A program made the translations under genes and the position numbers. The notes under the pieces are model-generated. The model was not told where the DNA came from. It ran no database searches and worked only from the letters and a program-made list of their open reading frames with translations. From the human T2T-CHM13v2.0 reference genome, Homo sapiens, in NCBI RefSeq assembly GCF_009914755.1, contig NC_060931.1: a stretch of 64,000 nt of DNA; one strand, 5' to 3'. This document shows positions 18,625-33,984 of this stretch, one piece after another. The first letter of the stretch is position 1, and each line of letters starts with the position of its first letter.

Positions 18625-19095
18625 TATTTATTATAATTCTCATTTTGTTTCTGTGTCATTTCATAACATTTTTAGTTATCTATTGGTGTTCTTTTGGATT
18701 TTATTGAAATCTCTTGATGATTATTTTTAATTCTATGTTGGCCAATTCTGAGATCTCCATTTCTTTGCAGATTTTTACTAGAGCTTTATTAGTTTCTTTG
18801 GGTGATGTTCATGATTTTCAGATTCTTTAAGATCTGTGCAGGCTTATGTCTGTGTCCCTGAATATGAAGGAGTAAACACATCTTCCACTAATCATAGGAG
18901 AGTTTTGAAAGATAAATACTTTCTCCTATTGGGTCCCTGGGCTGATGAGATTTTAATTGACATTGCAGTTGAGTTTGTTGGAGCCAGGTCACATAATTGC
19001 TACTTGGTCTTTAGTGGGTTTCGTGGTTGGCAGACCCGTTATTAACACATAAGACAGTTATAAATTCTGTCTGTTCCCTGGAAGAGTCAACTTTC

Positions 19096-19386
19096 TTTTT
19101 TTTTTTGAGACGGAGTCTCGCTCTTTTGCCCAGGCTGGAGTGCAATGGCACTATCTCGGCTCACTGCAAGCTCCGCCTCCAGGTTCACGCCATTCTCCTG
19201 CCTCAGCCTCCTGAGTAGCTAGGACTACAGGCGCCCGCCACCGCGCCCGGCTAATTTTTTGTATTTTTAGTAGAGAAGGGGTTTCACCGTGTTAGCCAAG
19301 ATGGTCTTGATCTCCTGACCTCGTGATCCGCCCGCCTCGGCCTCCCAAAGTGCTGGGATTACAGGCGTGAGCCACCGCGCCCGGCC
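19096..19386 (-). mobile_element. AluY
   Basis: CTGCAAGCTCCGCCTCC / CACGCCATTCTCC / CCGTGTTAGCC diagnostics; CpG-rich; TSD AAGAGTCAAC(T/C)TTCTTT. Confidence 0.95.
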
Positions 19387-19826
19387 AAGAGTCAACCTTC
19401 TTTAGAATATCGATTATCAGGACTAGTGCTGAGATAAGAAATTGCAGTTGTTTCTGCATATGGGGTGCTGGTAGAATAGATGTAGACAGGTGTGGCTCCC
19501 ACTAGGTCTCTGGGAGTGCGCTAATCCAGTTATTAGACAGCTTACTGGATGGGCAGTACTGACCCCTAATCAAAGCTGAGAGCCATGGGAACTAATTTAT
19601 AGGGCTGCTTCAGGATACACGAGTGAGGCTAAATTCTTCAGTTCTGTCTCTGGGTCCATGGTGTATTTCCCTCCAGGTTTCTGGGTGGGTAGGACTGCTC
19701 CCAGACACTGGCTGACTGGGATTAGAACTGGGTTACAGGGCTGCTTTAAGATTCACAGTGAGACTGATGTCAGCAGGCCTGCCTAGAGGGGCACTGATTT
19801 ATGATTTTAGGCAAATCTCAGGTTGA

Positions 19827-20214
<388 letters not shown>

Positions 20215-20952
20215 AACCATTTCATGATCCACATTCAGTTCAATATTGATTGTCCTACATCCAAGGAAATAGATGGATGTTTTTCCCTGAGGGTCCCTGT
20301 GTGGACAAGATTTCTCCCTGACCATGCCTGAGAAGTAAAGAAGGTGAGTTTTGTCTGATTCAGGGACTACAGACAGAACCAAGTTTTGCAGGCCTGTCAC
20401 CTAAGTCTCAGGTGAGTATCAATTCTCCTGGGTTTTTGGCAGATGGTTGCAGTGGCAGGACCAAGGCCTAGTGAGCTATAGCTAAATCTACAGTGGGATG
20501 TGGCAGTATTTTGTTTTGGAGCTGGGACCATGATTGGCAAGCACGCCACTTGGCCAAGGGCTTACTCTCTCAAATTGTTCCCCTTGGTCTTTGCCTCCAG
20601 CTGTCACAAACTGACCTGGATCCCAAGGCTCTTATAAATGCAGTTTTGTTTGGCATGGCTTCCACATTCTGTTGTGGGATATGCCTGCAGGACCTCCTGT
20701 TCCATCATCTTGCTTATGTTACTCTCCTATACACTTCACTTTCTGAAATGAATGTTGTTTCTGACTTTTAGATTCAAAAGTTACACATTATGTAAGATGT
20801 AAATTAAATTACCAGTAGGTGCCCACATATTTATTAAAATATTTCATTATAATTTTAAGCTCACTGAAAGCAAAAAGAAATCATTAAAATTTATATTCAT
20901 TTTCAATCTGTTTCTAAATGCCAGTATATTTTAATTCCAAATATTTACTTTA

Positions 20953-21257
<305 letters not shown>

Positions 21258-22344
21258 CTGAAATATTTACTTTATACTTCAGTAATGCTGATTGTGTTTT
21301 GCAAAATTTATGTTGTTCTTGTATTTTAAAAATATAAAGTTTTTATTAGCTCCCAAAGGCCATATTATAGACAGTATATCTGTGTAAGAATACCACCAAT
21401 ATATTGAGAACATGATAAAAACTTCTCCTACTGTCTCTTTAATGCTTATTTGAAAATTTTCTCATTAGTCTATTATTAATGATTGTAATGTATTTTCTAT
21501 GAAGTTTTACTGTTCTTCATTGAATAGCAATGATTCACAATGTCTTCTCTTCATGAGTACACACAGTTAAAAACTGCAGATATCTAAAGAATTATTTTTC
21601 ATAGTATATCTATGTTGTATTCAGCATTTTATGCATTAAAATCTCTCTTATTTTCAATTCTATATTTATTGTGTTTTTGGGGGGGTATGATTTCTCAGAT
21701 CAGTTCATTGTATTTTTGCATTTAACGCTTGATATTATGAATTGAATAATTTTTTAGCTCTGTACACTTTAAGACAATAAGATGTTTAATTTATATGTAA
21801 ATTAGCCACATGTCTGTTGCCTATAGACATATCTACGTGTTTTCACCTATGTAAATACTGCCCCTACTTTGGTTATGACATCTTTTTTTCCTTGTTTTTT
21901 TTTTTTTTCCAGTTTCAGATAGGTTTTTTTTTTTTTAGAAAGAAAACTTTAAAACAGAATCAAAAGAACAGAAATCAGTTATCTGTCCTCTTCCTTCCTC
22001 ACAGGTTTGAGACTATGGTTAGGTGGTGAGGAAGGCAGGCTCAGCACCCAAGCCTTGGGGAGACGCAGAAAGGGCCCATCCCAGGCACTCAGGTGGAGGT
22101 AAGCATAGCCTTTGGGCCATAAGACCTCATGGCCACTGGGGTGCTGGTCTGGAAACAAGTCCTCATCTTCCCAGAAATGTCATCTTTTGTCTGCAGCAGC
22201 TGGCTGGAGAAAGATTTCAGAAAGGTGTGTGCCTGGGGCACCCAAAGGCATGACCTTCCTTTCTCCTTGGCATAGGCCTTACAACACTGAGGAAAGGCCA
22301 TGGTTTGGCATTGGAGCCTTCAATAGTTTTCACCCCTATGGATC

Positions 22345-22730
<386 letters not shown>

Positions 22731-22739
22731 CATTTTGTT

Positions 22740-23770
22740 AAAAATACAGAAATATTGGTAAAACCATTATCAAAAGCATTGTGGAGCTTTCTAAAAACTT
22801 ACAATACCACATTATCCAGCAAATCCACTTCCAGATATATAACCAAAGGAAATAAAACTAGTATCTAGAAGAGACATCTGTGCTCCCATATTTATTGCAG
22901 AATTATTTACAATGACAGATGTGCAAACAACCTAAGTATTAATAAATGAATGGATAAAATAATTGTGGAGTATTTATATAATGGAATATTATTCAGCCAT
23001 AAAAAGAAAATCCTGTTATTTACAACTATATGAATGAACCTGGAGAAGAGTAGGCTGAGTGAAATAAGCCAGACAGAGAATGAGAAATATTGTTTGATTT
23101 CAGTTATATATGAAGCCTAGAAAGTTAAAGTCATAGAAACAGAGAGTACAAAGTGGTTTCCAGGAGCTGGTGGGTGGGAGAAATGGGGGGTTGTTAATAA
23201 AAAGTGCAAACTTTCAGGTATAAAATAAACAAGTTCTAGTGGTCTACTGCACAGCATGGATGTTACTGAATGTTATCTTAGTCTGTTCCAACTGCTGTAA
23301 TAAAATACCTTAGAATAGATAATTTATAAGCAGTATAAACTGAGTTCTCACAGTTATGGAGGCTGAGAAGTCCAAGCTCAAGGCACCAGCAGTCTAGGTG
23401 TCTGGTGAGGGTCCAGTCTCTGGTTTCAAGATGGCACCTTAAATTGCTGTGTCCTCACACAGCAGAAGGACAAAATAGGCCAAACTCATTTTCTCAAGCC
23501 GTTTTACAATGACAGCTAATTGCATTGTTAAGGGCAGATTTTTCATGCCCTAGCAACCAACTAAAGTCTAATACTATTGTATTGAGGATTAAGTTTTAAA
23601 GTAAATTTGGGAGGGACACAAATATTTGAACAATAGGAATTATGTTAATTTAACTGATTGTGAAAGTGATTAGACAATGTGTGCATGTATCAAGTCATCG
23701 CATTGCACACCTTGAAAATACTCAAGCCTCACTTGTCAGTTAACATTTTTAAATTAATAAAATAAAATGT
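22740..23770 (+). mobile_element. L1MA-type 3' end, interrupted by an MLT1 LTR
   Basis: GAATGGATAAAA...ATGGAATATTATTCAGCCATAAAAAGAA...GAGTGAAATAAGCCAGACA; resumes after 23640. Confidence 0.75.
23270..23640 (-). mobile_element. MaLR LTR (MLT1A/MST-like)
   Basis: TCTTAGTCTGTT...TCTCACAGTTATGGAGGCTGAGAAGTCCAAG...GTCTGGTGAGGG...TTGGGAGGGACAC. Confidence 0.8.
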
Positions 23771-24616
23771 GGAAGTAATTTATCCTTTGAGCAATAAAAA
23801 AGTCTACTGAAGATTTTTTTAACACCAGCACTACTTTGGCTGTTTGGTGTTGTGAGATTGCTAAAAACTGAAAAATGCAGAAAGAAATGGAAAGAATCAC
23901 ACACAGTCTTCACAAAAAAGTCAGCTCTGAGTGTGAGGTGGTGTTAATCTGGGCGAGGCAATGACAAGTGATGGCAAATAAAAATAACCCTAAGACAAGA
24001 TTTTCAGAATAAATTAAATTTTCTTAACTTACTGGAAAAAATTACATTACTAGCCATGTAACAAACCTATTTTGTACAGGTGGTGAAACCAAATTTTAAG
24101 TATAAATTATGATGTATTAAAAAACAAAAAGAATATTTTTGTGGTCTTAGAAAAAAATTATTAAATGAACCAAGTAAGCAGAATATACAACATTTTCAAA
24201 TACTAAAGAAAAAAATCATTGAAAATTGCAAAATTTTAGGCTCCAAAAGACTCACTAATTTAATAGAAGCAGAAATCCTACAGCTAGAAAATTTGCAGAT
24301 AGAAAATATATTTTTCAGCTTGGAAATCAAAATGGAAACTACAAATTCAAGCGTAACCAACAAATAATATATACCTACATATCGTGTAACTTTTTGTTGA
24401 AAAAAGACATTTCGAATATTATAGTAATTTTGAAATCAGATTATCATCCTTCTTCTGTGTTTTTGTTGCTACCTATTGCGACGTGTGCTCTGTCATGCAT
24501 GTACATTGACATCTCTGTTCCATTAGCTTGGTAGTAAGCTACTGATTTGCAGAGATTTTCTTAAATGTTTGTTATTTCCCCACTTCCTCCAAATAAATTT
24601 TATAATGTTCTCTTTT

Positions 24617-24618
<2 letters not shown>

Positions 24619-24656
<38 letters not shown>
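24619..24656. repeat. (GT)n microsatellite, ~19 units
   Basis: Read directly from the sequence. Confidence 0.97.
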
Positions 24657-24661
<5 letters not shown>

Positions 24662-24762
24662 CTGGAGCATGCCTTTACTAATCAGCCAGAAATTTACAAC
24701 TTGGTTCTTGCCTTACTTTCTGCTGATACAGAGTTTGAAGGTCAAACAAGGGTGAATACTGA

Positions 24763-25094
<332 letters not shown>

Positions 25095-25319
25095 CTCTTC
25101 CTGGGTTTTTCTAGACTGCATACCTGGCCCTGAGCCTCCATATGACCTCCTAAATTTCCTAGACTATTATCACAGCCCAATCCCCAAAGTGTCCCATTCC
25201 CCAGTCTTTCCTTTTAGGGCTTTTTTTTTTAGCATGATTATTTTTTCCTCTATTAGTATATTTTGTCCCAGGAAAGCCAGGTAGTATATTCATTTAAAAG
25301 TTTGGGAGAACTTATTATT

Positions 25320-26005
25320 ATTGACTTGAGTTTTTTTTTTGTTATTGAGATTTTTTTGTTATTGACTTGAGATTTGTCTTTCTTTTTTAATGAAGAAATT
25401 CACTGGTATAGGTTTCCCTCAAAACACTGCTTTCACCAGTTTCCGTAAGTTTTACGTTTTGGTTACATTGTCATTTATGTTAAAACACTTTCTGATAAGT
25501 ATTTGTGGTTTTCTTTTGATCCATAAATTATTTGGGATTTTGCCATTTAATGTCCACATACTTAAGAGTCTCCTAAATTTCTTGCTTTCATTGATCTCTG
25601 ATTCTATTATGATTAGAAATCACCCATTGTATTATCTCAATCTCTATTTTTACTGATGTTTTATGGCCCAGCAGGTGGTCTGTCCTAGAGAACGTTCCAT
25701 GTGGATTTGAGAAGAATATATATTCTCATGTTGGATGCAGTGCTGTGCATATGTTTGTTAGGTTTAGTTGTTTTATGTTGTTGTTCATGTTTTCTATTTT
25801 TTATCTTCTGTCTACTTGTTCTATCCATTAATATAAGTGAAGCATTAAAGTCTCCAACTATTACTGTTGAATTATCTATTTCTCCCTTTATTTCTGTCAT
25901 TTTTGCTTCATGTATTTCTGTGCTTATTTGATAACTGCATATATGTGAATAATTTTTTTATATTTTCCTGATGAGTTTACCCTTTGCCAATACAAAATGT
26001 CTTTA
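25320..26005 (-). mobile_element. Old L1M ORF2 (endonuclease region) fragment
   Basis: Minus ORF 25685-25900 TEIKGEIDNSTVIVGDFNASL resembles the L1 endonuclease. Confidence 0.8.
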
Positions 26006-26015
26006 TCAGTATATA

Positions 26016-26342
<327 letters not shown>

Positions 26343-26443
26343 TGAACGTGTCAGTGAAGAAGCAGTTGTGTCATTTTGTGAAATAAATTTCCATTTACAA
26401 ACACAGGAAGAGGACACATTCATGGACTCCAAACATAGGTCGA

Positions 26444-26750
26444 GCTGGCCCTCCTTATTTATTGGTTCTGCATTCCTGGATTCAACAAATGAGCCTCAAA
26501 AATATTTTTAGTAATGTTTCTGTACTGAACATTTACAGAATTTTATTTTTCTTTTCACTATTCCCTAAACAATACAGTATAACAACAATTTAGGTATTAA
26601 AAGTAATCTAGAGAAGATTTAAAGTATGCAGGAGAATATGCATAGGTTATATGTAAATACTATGCCATTATATATAAAGAACTTGTGCATCCATGCATTT
26701 TGGTATACAAGAGGACTCCTAGAACAAATCCTCCAGAAATAGCAAAGAAA
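26444..26750 (+). mobile_element. Tigger3a (MER7A)-like DNA transposon
   Basis: GGATTCAAC...TGTACTGAACAT...TATTCCCTAAACAATACAGTATAACAAC...AGTAATCTAGAGA...ATAGGTTATATG. Confidence 0.8.
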
Positions 26751-27729
26751 TATGATAAAGAGTTTACAGTGTTCATAAAACTCTAGCTGCTTACTAGAAC
26801 AACAGTTCGATGAAATAAAAGGCAGACTTGAAACTGTCCTTGGCCTGTATGGCTTGGCTGGCAGCCCCTGGCTTGCATGCCCCTTCTAGCAAGATGCACG
26901 TTAAGGCCACTATGTGCAGCTGAGGGAGAGTCAGGTGGCTCTTCACCAGGAGCAGATCACATCCCTCTTTTTTCACATTCCTCCCTCTTAAGAGTGTCAT
27001 GCTGAGAGGCATGCCTTCTTGATGCAGGAAAGAATTTGCTGGCAAGCTCTGCCAAACATCTGTTTCCATGTACTTCCTACGTACCCACAGTTGCAGATCA
27101 TGAGAAATTAGATAGTTTATCAAAAATAGCTTTCACTTTTTAAAATGTTCCTTTTTAGTTACAGTTGAAAAAGAGAGAAGACAGTGCTAATTCTAGAAAT
27201 GAAAGAGGATCTATCATTACTGAGCACATGAAGAATTAAAGAATAATAAACATTATAAACCACTCTATGCCCACAAATTTGATAACCTAAATAGACAAAT
27301 TCCTTGAAAGAAACAACCTACCAGAATCACACAATAAGAAACAGACAATGTGAATAGTACTACATCTATTAAAGAAATTGGGTCAATGATAAATAACCTT
27401 ACCAAACAGAAAGTACCAAACCCTAGTATATTTATGTAAATATTTAAAAGAAATTATTCCAACTCTCTACAATCTCCTCCAGAAAACAGAAGCAGAGTGA
27501 ATACTTTCAAAGTCATTCAGTGGGGCCAGAATTACCATAATACCAAATTTAGACAAAGACATTACAACAAAAAAATGCAGAGCAATATCTCACATGAACA
27601 AAGATGCAAAAGCCCTCACCCAAATATTAAGAAATCAAGTCCAAAAATGTAAAAAAAGAATTATTTACTACAACCTAGTGAGATTTATTACAGGCATGCC
27701 AGGCTGGTTCAACATTTGAAAATAAATTA

Positions 27730-27853
27730 GGCTGGGTGTGGTGGCTTATACCTGTAATCCTAATGCAGTAGGAAGCCAAGGAGGGAGGATCACTTTAGGC
27801 TGGGAATTCAAGATAAGCCTGGGCAACACAGCAAGACTCTGTCTTAAAAAAAA
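27730..27853 (+). mobile_element. FLAM / Alu left monomer
   Basis: Single arm with A tail; AAATTAG on both flanks. Confidence 0.8.
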
Positions 27854-28016
27854 ATTAGTTCATCATATTAAGTTAAAAAAAGATAAGATCTTATCAATAC
27901 TTTCAGAAAAATCATTTGACAATATCCAAAACCCATTCATGAGAAAACCTCTCTGAAGACTAGAAATAGAAGAAAACTTCAATTTCATAAATAATGTCTA
28001 TAAAAAACCTACATCT

Positions 28017-28330
<314 letters not shown>

Positions 28331-28363
28331 CCCTGCATCTAACCTCATACTGAATGTGTGTGT

Positions 28364-28664
28364 TTTTTTGTTTTTTTTTTTGAGAGGGAGTCTCGCTCTG
28401 TCGCCCAGGCTGGAGTGCAGTGCCGCGATCTCGTCTCACTGCAAACTCCGCCTCCCGGGTTCCCGCCATTCTCCTGCCTCAGCCTCCTGAGTAGCTGGGA
28501 CTACAGGCGCCCGCCACCGCACCCAGCTAATTTTTTTGTATTTTTTAGTAGAGACGGGGTTTCACCATGTTAGCCAGGATGGTCTCGATCTCCTGACCTC
28601 GTGATCCACCCGCCTCGGCCTCCCAAAGTGCTGGGATTACAGGCGTGAGCCCCCGCGCCTGGCC
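28364..28664 (-). mobile_element. AluY-like element
   Basis: CpG-rich reverse Alu; 19-bp TSD CTAACCTCATACTGAATGT at 28339-28357 and 28665-28683. Confidence 0.95.
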
Positions 28665-29753
28665 CTAACCTCATACTGAATGTTGAAACACTAGATGCTT
28701 TCCTGCTAAGATCAGGAGCAAGGCAAACATGTCTCCTCTCACCATTCCTATATAACATTATACTATAAGCCCTAGGTAATGCAATAAGACAAGAATAGAA
28801 AAGGTACACAGAGTGGGAAGGAAGAAATAAAACTGTCCTTTTACACAGATGATGTAATTGCCTATGGAGAAATACAAAAAGATCACAAAACAAAATCTTA
28901 GAATAACCAATTTTAATGAGAAATTATAGCAATTTGCACAATATAAGATTAATATACAAATGTCAATTACTGTCCTATATATCAGTAATGTAGTTAGAAT
29001 TTGAAATTTAAAAATTCAGTGACATTTAGGCTAGCACCAATAACAATGAAATTCTTAGGTACAAATATAACAAAATAAATATAAATATAGAATCTATATG
29101 AAGAAACCGGCAAAACTGTAAAAACATCAAAGAAGATCTAAATAAATGGAGAGATAATCCACATTCAAGTAAAGAAGGCTTCAACATTGTTAAAATGTCA
29201 GTACTTCCCAACTACATTTACATATTCAATGCAATCCCAATCAAAATTCCACAAAGTTAGTTTGTGGATATTGACAAACTGATTCTAAAGTTCATATGGA
29301 AAGGCAAAAGGCTCAGAATAACGAAGAAAATATTTTAAAAGGACAGTTATAGGAATGACACTACCCAACTCTAAGCACTACTATAAAGCTACAGTAATCA
29401 AAACAACATGGTAGTGGTAAAAAATAATAGAGAAACATCAATAAAACATAAGAGAAAGCTCAGAAATTGACCCATAAAAATACAGTCAGCTTATCTTTGA
29501 GGAAAGAGCAAAGACAATTCAATTGAGAATGAATAATTTTTCAACAAACAGTACTGAACAACTGGACATCCACATGCAAGAGAAAAAAAGAAAAAAAAAA
29601 AACCCTAAACCTAGACCTGACAACTTTCACAGAAATTACTCAGAATGGATCAGAGACCAATATAAAAGGAAAAACCACAAAACTCCTAGAAGATAACAAA
29701 GAGCAGAATCTGAATTACCTCAGGTTTTGCTCCTTTGATAAAACACCAAAAAT

Positions 29754-30086
<333 letters not shown>

Positions 30087-31399
30087 CTAAGTTGAACCAT
30101 ATTAAAAATAACATTTCTGCATTGTCAGACACTGTTAAAAAATAAAAAGACAAGCCACAGAATGGGAGAAAATATTTGCAAAACACATAACTGATAAAAG
30201 ACTGGTATCAAAAATATGCAAAAAATTCCAGAGCTCTTAAAACCCAAGAATAAGAAATGAACAACCCAATTATAAAATGGCAAAAGATACAGATCCTTAC
30301 TAAAGAACATATAAGCATGGCAAATAAGCACATGAAAATATGCTCAACAGCGTGTCATTGGGAAATTGAAAATAACAATGGCATACTGCCACACACATAT
30401 TAGAATGGCTAAAATCCAAAACAGGGGCTACACTAAATGCTGGTGAGGATGTAGAATAACAAGAGCTTGTTGGTGAAAATGCAAAGTCCTATGACTAGTT
30501 TGGAAGACAGTTTGCCAGTTTCTTACAGAGCTAGAAACACACTTACATACAATCCAGCAATCACACTCTTTGGCCTTAATCCAAAAGAGGTGAAAACTTT
30601 CATCTGCACAAAACTCCGCAGGTGACTGTTTAGAGCACTTTTATACATAATTGCCAAAACATGGAACCAACCAAGATGGTCTTCAATAGGTAAATAATGT
30701 TTTTAATAGGTAAATAATGTTCTTCAATAGGTAAATAAATAAACTGGCTGTGGTGCAAGCATACAACAGAACATTATTCACTGATTTAAAAAAATGAGCT
30801 GTCAAGGCTTGAAAAGACGTGAGGAACCTTAAATACATATGGCTGTGAAAAAGACAGTCTGAAAAGGCTACATACTATAGGATTCCAACTATATGACATT
30901 CTGTAAAAGGCAAAACCATGGACACAGTAAGAAGACCTGTGCTTTCCAAAAGTTTGGGGGGAAAAGGGGTGAGATGAATAGATGGAGTACAGTGGATATT
31001 TTAAGACAATAAAACTATTTTGTATAATGCAATAATGGATACATGTCATGTCATCATGCATTTGTCAAAATCCACAGAGTGTAAAACAGAAAACATGAAT
31101 TCGAATGCAAACTTTAGATTTTAGTTAATAACTTTTCTATATTAGTTCATTAAGAGTAACAAATATGCCACACTAATGTAAGGTGTTAATAATAGAGGAG
31201 AAGCTGGGTGTGGGGAGAGGATATATGGGAACTCTGTATGTTCCGCTCAATGTTTATGTAAACTCGATACTCATCTAAAAAATAAGTCATATTAAATATC
31301 CCAGTGATGACTATCAAAAGTAGAATAGATTTAAAAATTATACTATGTTCATATAATTGAATATAGTACTATGCAGCAATTAAAATAAATAAATTCTGA

Positions 31400-31860
31400 T
31401 GTTAAATGTCATCACCATGATGGTAATCACAAAAAGAAGCTATAGAATATACACAAAGGAAATAAAAAGTTAAAATATTTTACTAAAAAAAATTAACCCA
31501 ATACATAAGAAGAAAATAATGTAGAAAATGTAAAATAAAAAGACGTAAGGTATACAGAAAACAAATAGCAAAATGACAGAAATCTACCTATGAATAATTA
31601 TTTTAAATGTAAATGGATTGAACTATCAAATTAAAAGGCAGAGATCAGCAAAACAGACTAAAAAACATGATGCAACTATCATGTTTGTACAAGACTCACA
31701 TTAGACTGAAAGACACAACTGGTTGAAAGTGAAAAGAGAAAAACAGATATTTCATGCAAATAATAAGCAAAAGAGATTTGGGTTGTCCTATATTAATATC
31801 GGACAAAATAAGACTTCAAATTGAAAAATGTTACAAAAGAAAACAAAGGCATTATGTATT
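31400..31860 (+). mobile_element. Old L1M inter-ORF / ORF2 5' fragment
   Basis: TTTAAATGTAAATGGATTGAAC...TTAAAAGGCAGAGA...GGTTGAAAGTGAAA. Confidence 0.7.
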
Positions 31861-33720
31861 CAAATCCAATAAGCAAACAAAACTGAGGTTCTGACTTTCA
31901 GTAATGCTAGAGTAGCTTGTTGAACACTCTCACAGGTAACGAGAAAATCTGGATAAAATATATATAGTTACACAGAAATGCACAACTATATAGAATACAT
32001 GCGTGTGTGTGTTCACCGAATGAGGATTTCAACTGTGTCCACTGTAGGGGAGGTAGGTATTGCTGTTTGAATCCAGTCAGATTAACCCCTCTTCAAGTAA
32101 CAATGCTCTTCAAAGGAATACAACAGAATTTAAAGTCTCTATAACTACTATTTATAATTTCTAGTACACAATATTAAAATTCATGAAATGTGTGAAGAAA
32201 CGTTAAAATGTAATCTATACACAAGATAAAAAGCAGGCAGCAGAAGCTAATTCTAAGATGTCCAAGACGATGTCATCAGCAGACAAGGGTTTGAGAGCAG
32301 CTATTATAAGTATAGTATGTTCATGGGGATAAAGGAAAACATCCTCATAATGAATTAACTCATGTGGAGCCTCAGCAGAGAAATGGAAATGATGAAAAGA
32401 ATGGAATAGAGAGATAATGAAATGAAAAATTAAAAAGACCGTTGAGTTTATAAACAGTAGAAACAGAAGACAGCAATAGAAATCATCCAATCTGAAGAGT
32501 GAAACAAGTTTGAAGAAAATGAAAAGCGCCTTGGAGACCTGTGGAATGACTGAGTCCGAGAAGGAGAGGGAGAGACAGAAAAATTAAATGTGATACAAAA
32601 GCAAATAAACAATAGCCGAAAACTTGCAAAATTTGGTCAAAACCCCAAATTTGTATATTCAAAAGGTGAGCACACTTCAAAAAGAAAATACACATAAAAC
32701 CATACCAAGGCCCTATTAGAAGACTGGCAGGGCAGGGTTTTCAAGGGACTTGCTATGATTTCTCATTTTCACTATTTATAATAATGGACAATATGCTCTC
32801 CTTAGAGTTTTCTTCCTGCAGAAAGTCTGTTACGTCAGGTGCAGATGACTTTTTAGTCTAGTTTTCAAGGTTTAATTTCTTAACTTGGAAATCAATTAAA
32901 TTTGTTTCTTAAAATCTTGCAGTAAAACTGATGCTCCAGAAAGATGCCCAGGGAGATTCTGTCCTGCTGCGTCCGCACTGTACAGAACTGACGCTGTGCC
33001 TACGCCCGTTTCAGAAGCGTGGAGTACTTAAGAGTTAATCTAAAAAAGCAAATATAAAAATGGATTCAAAAAAATGATCACTGTTAAGTTCCACCGGCAA
33101 AGTCTTAAAAGCGGTACCAAAGGGAGTATTTAAAAAGGGATAAAGTTTTTCCAGGGAACCCTATTCAGGGCAGAAACACAGACACTGTCCAAACCTCACC
33201 ACACAAACTTCTCTCACGTGTTGGGAGGGACCAAGGCGCTCAGGTCCTGCACCTGCGTTAATTACGGCAGGCAGGTCCACACCAGGACCCCGGGGCCTGG
33301 GAACCAGCCTGTGTGGGGGGGCAGAGAAGTGGTGGATGTGGCTCGCAAAATGTCCCTTTCTCCTGGGACATTTTCTCCTCTTTATCACAGTGACAGGAGC
33401 GTCTGTGTGCGAGGCCTGACCCAGACGCCGGCCATGCAGCCAGCCCGGGGTCCAATAGGTGCATCTGGGGAGCAAAGGGAGACCGAAAAAAAGGTGGTTT
33501 TCAAAAGTGAAGTGCCAGGTTACCAGAGACTGGGCACCTTCACATGAGGCAGCAAACAACGGTTTAGGACACTCACGAGGAAGCTTCCGTCGCCGGACCA
33601 AGGGGCAGCACTGCGCATGTAGCCAGGGGAGGAACAATAGAGGGTGGGGCTAAAAGGAGAGGCCCCTCAGTGGGAACGGGTGGGGTCGACCCGGCGGGGG
33701 GGGGGTGGGGTGAAACGAGC

Positions 33721-33734
33721 GTTACCATGGCAAC
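33721..33734. promoter_or_regulatory. RFX X-box motif
   Basis: GTTACCATGGCAAC, an exact match to GTTRCCATGGYAAC. Confidence 0.8.
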
Positions 33735-33984
33735 CCTGCGGCGGAAGCTCTGAGAAGCTCTTGGCCTCTACCGGTTCTGCGAGAAAGTAAACTTTGGGCA
33801 CGACAAGTCATGAAGTCGGCACGTTGGGGAGACACCGTGTCACAATGACAAGGTGAGATCAGCTGCCCCGGCCAAGCTGTCTCCTCGAGTGCAGGAGAGG
33901 TTTGTGAACAGCCAAGCTTCCCTCCGCATGGCGGAACTGCACTGGAATCCTGAAAGAGCTCGGTGCAGAACGGCCCTTTGCTGG

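Noticed and set aside
30680-30740. Triple ~20-bp repeat AATAGGTAAATAATGT
   Set aside because: Small slippage duplication inside an old L1; no sign of function.
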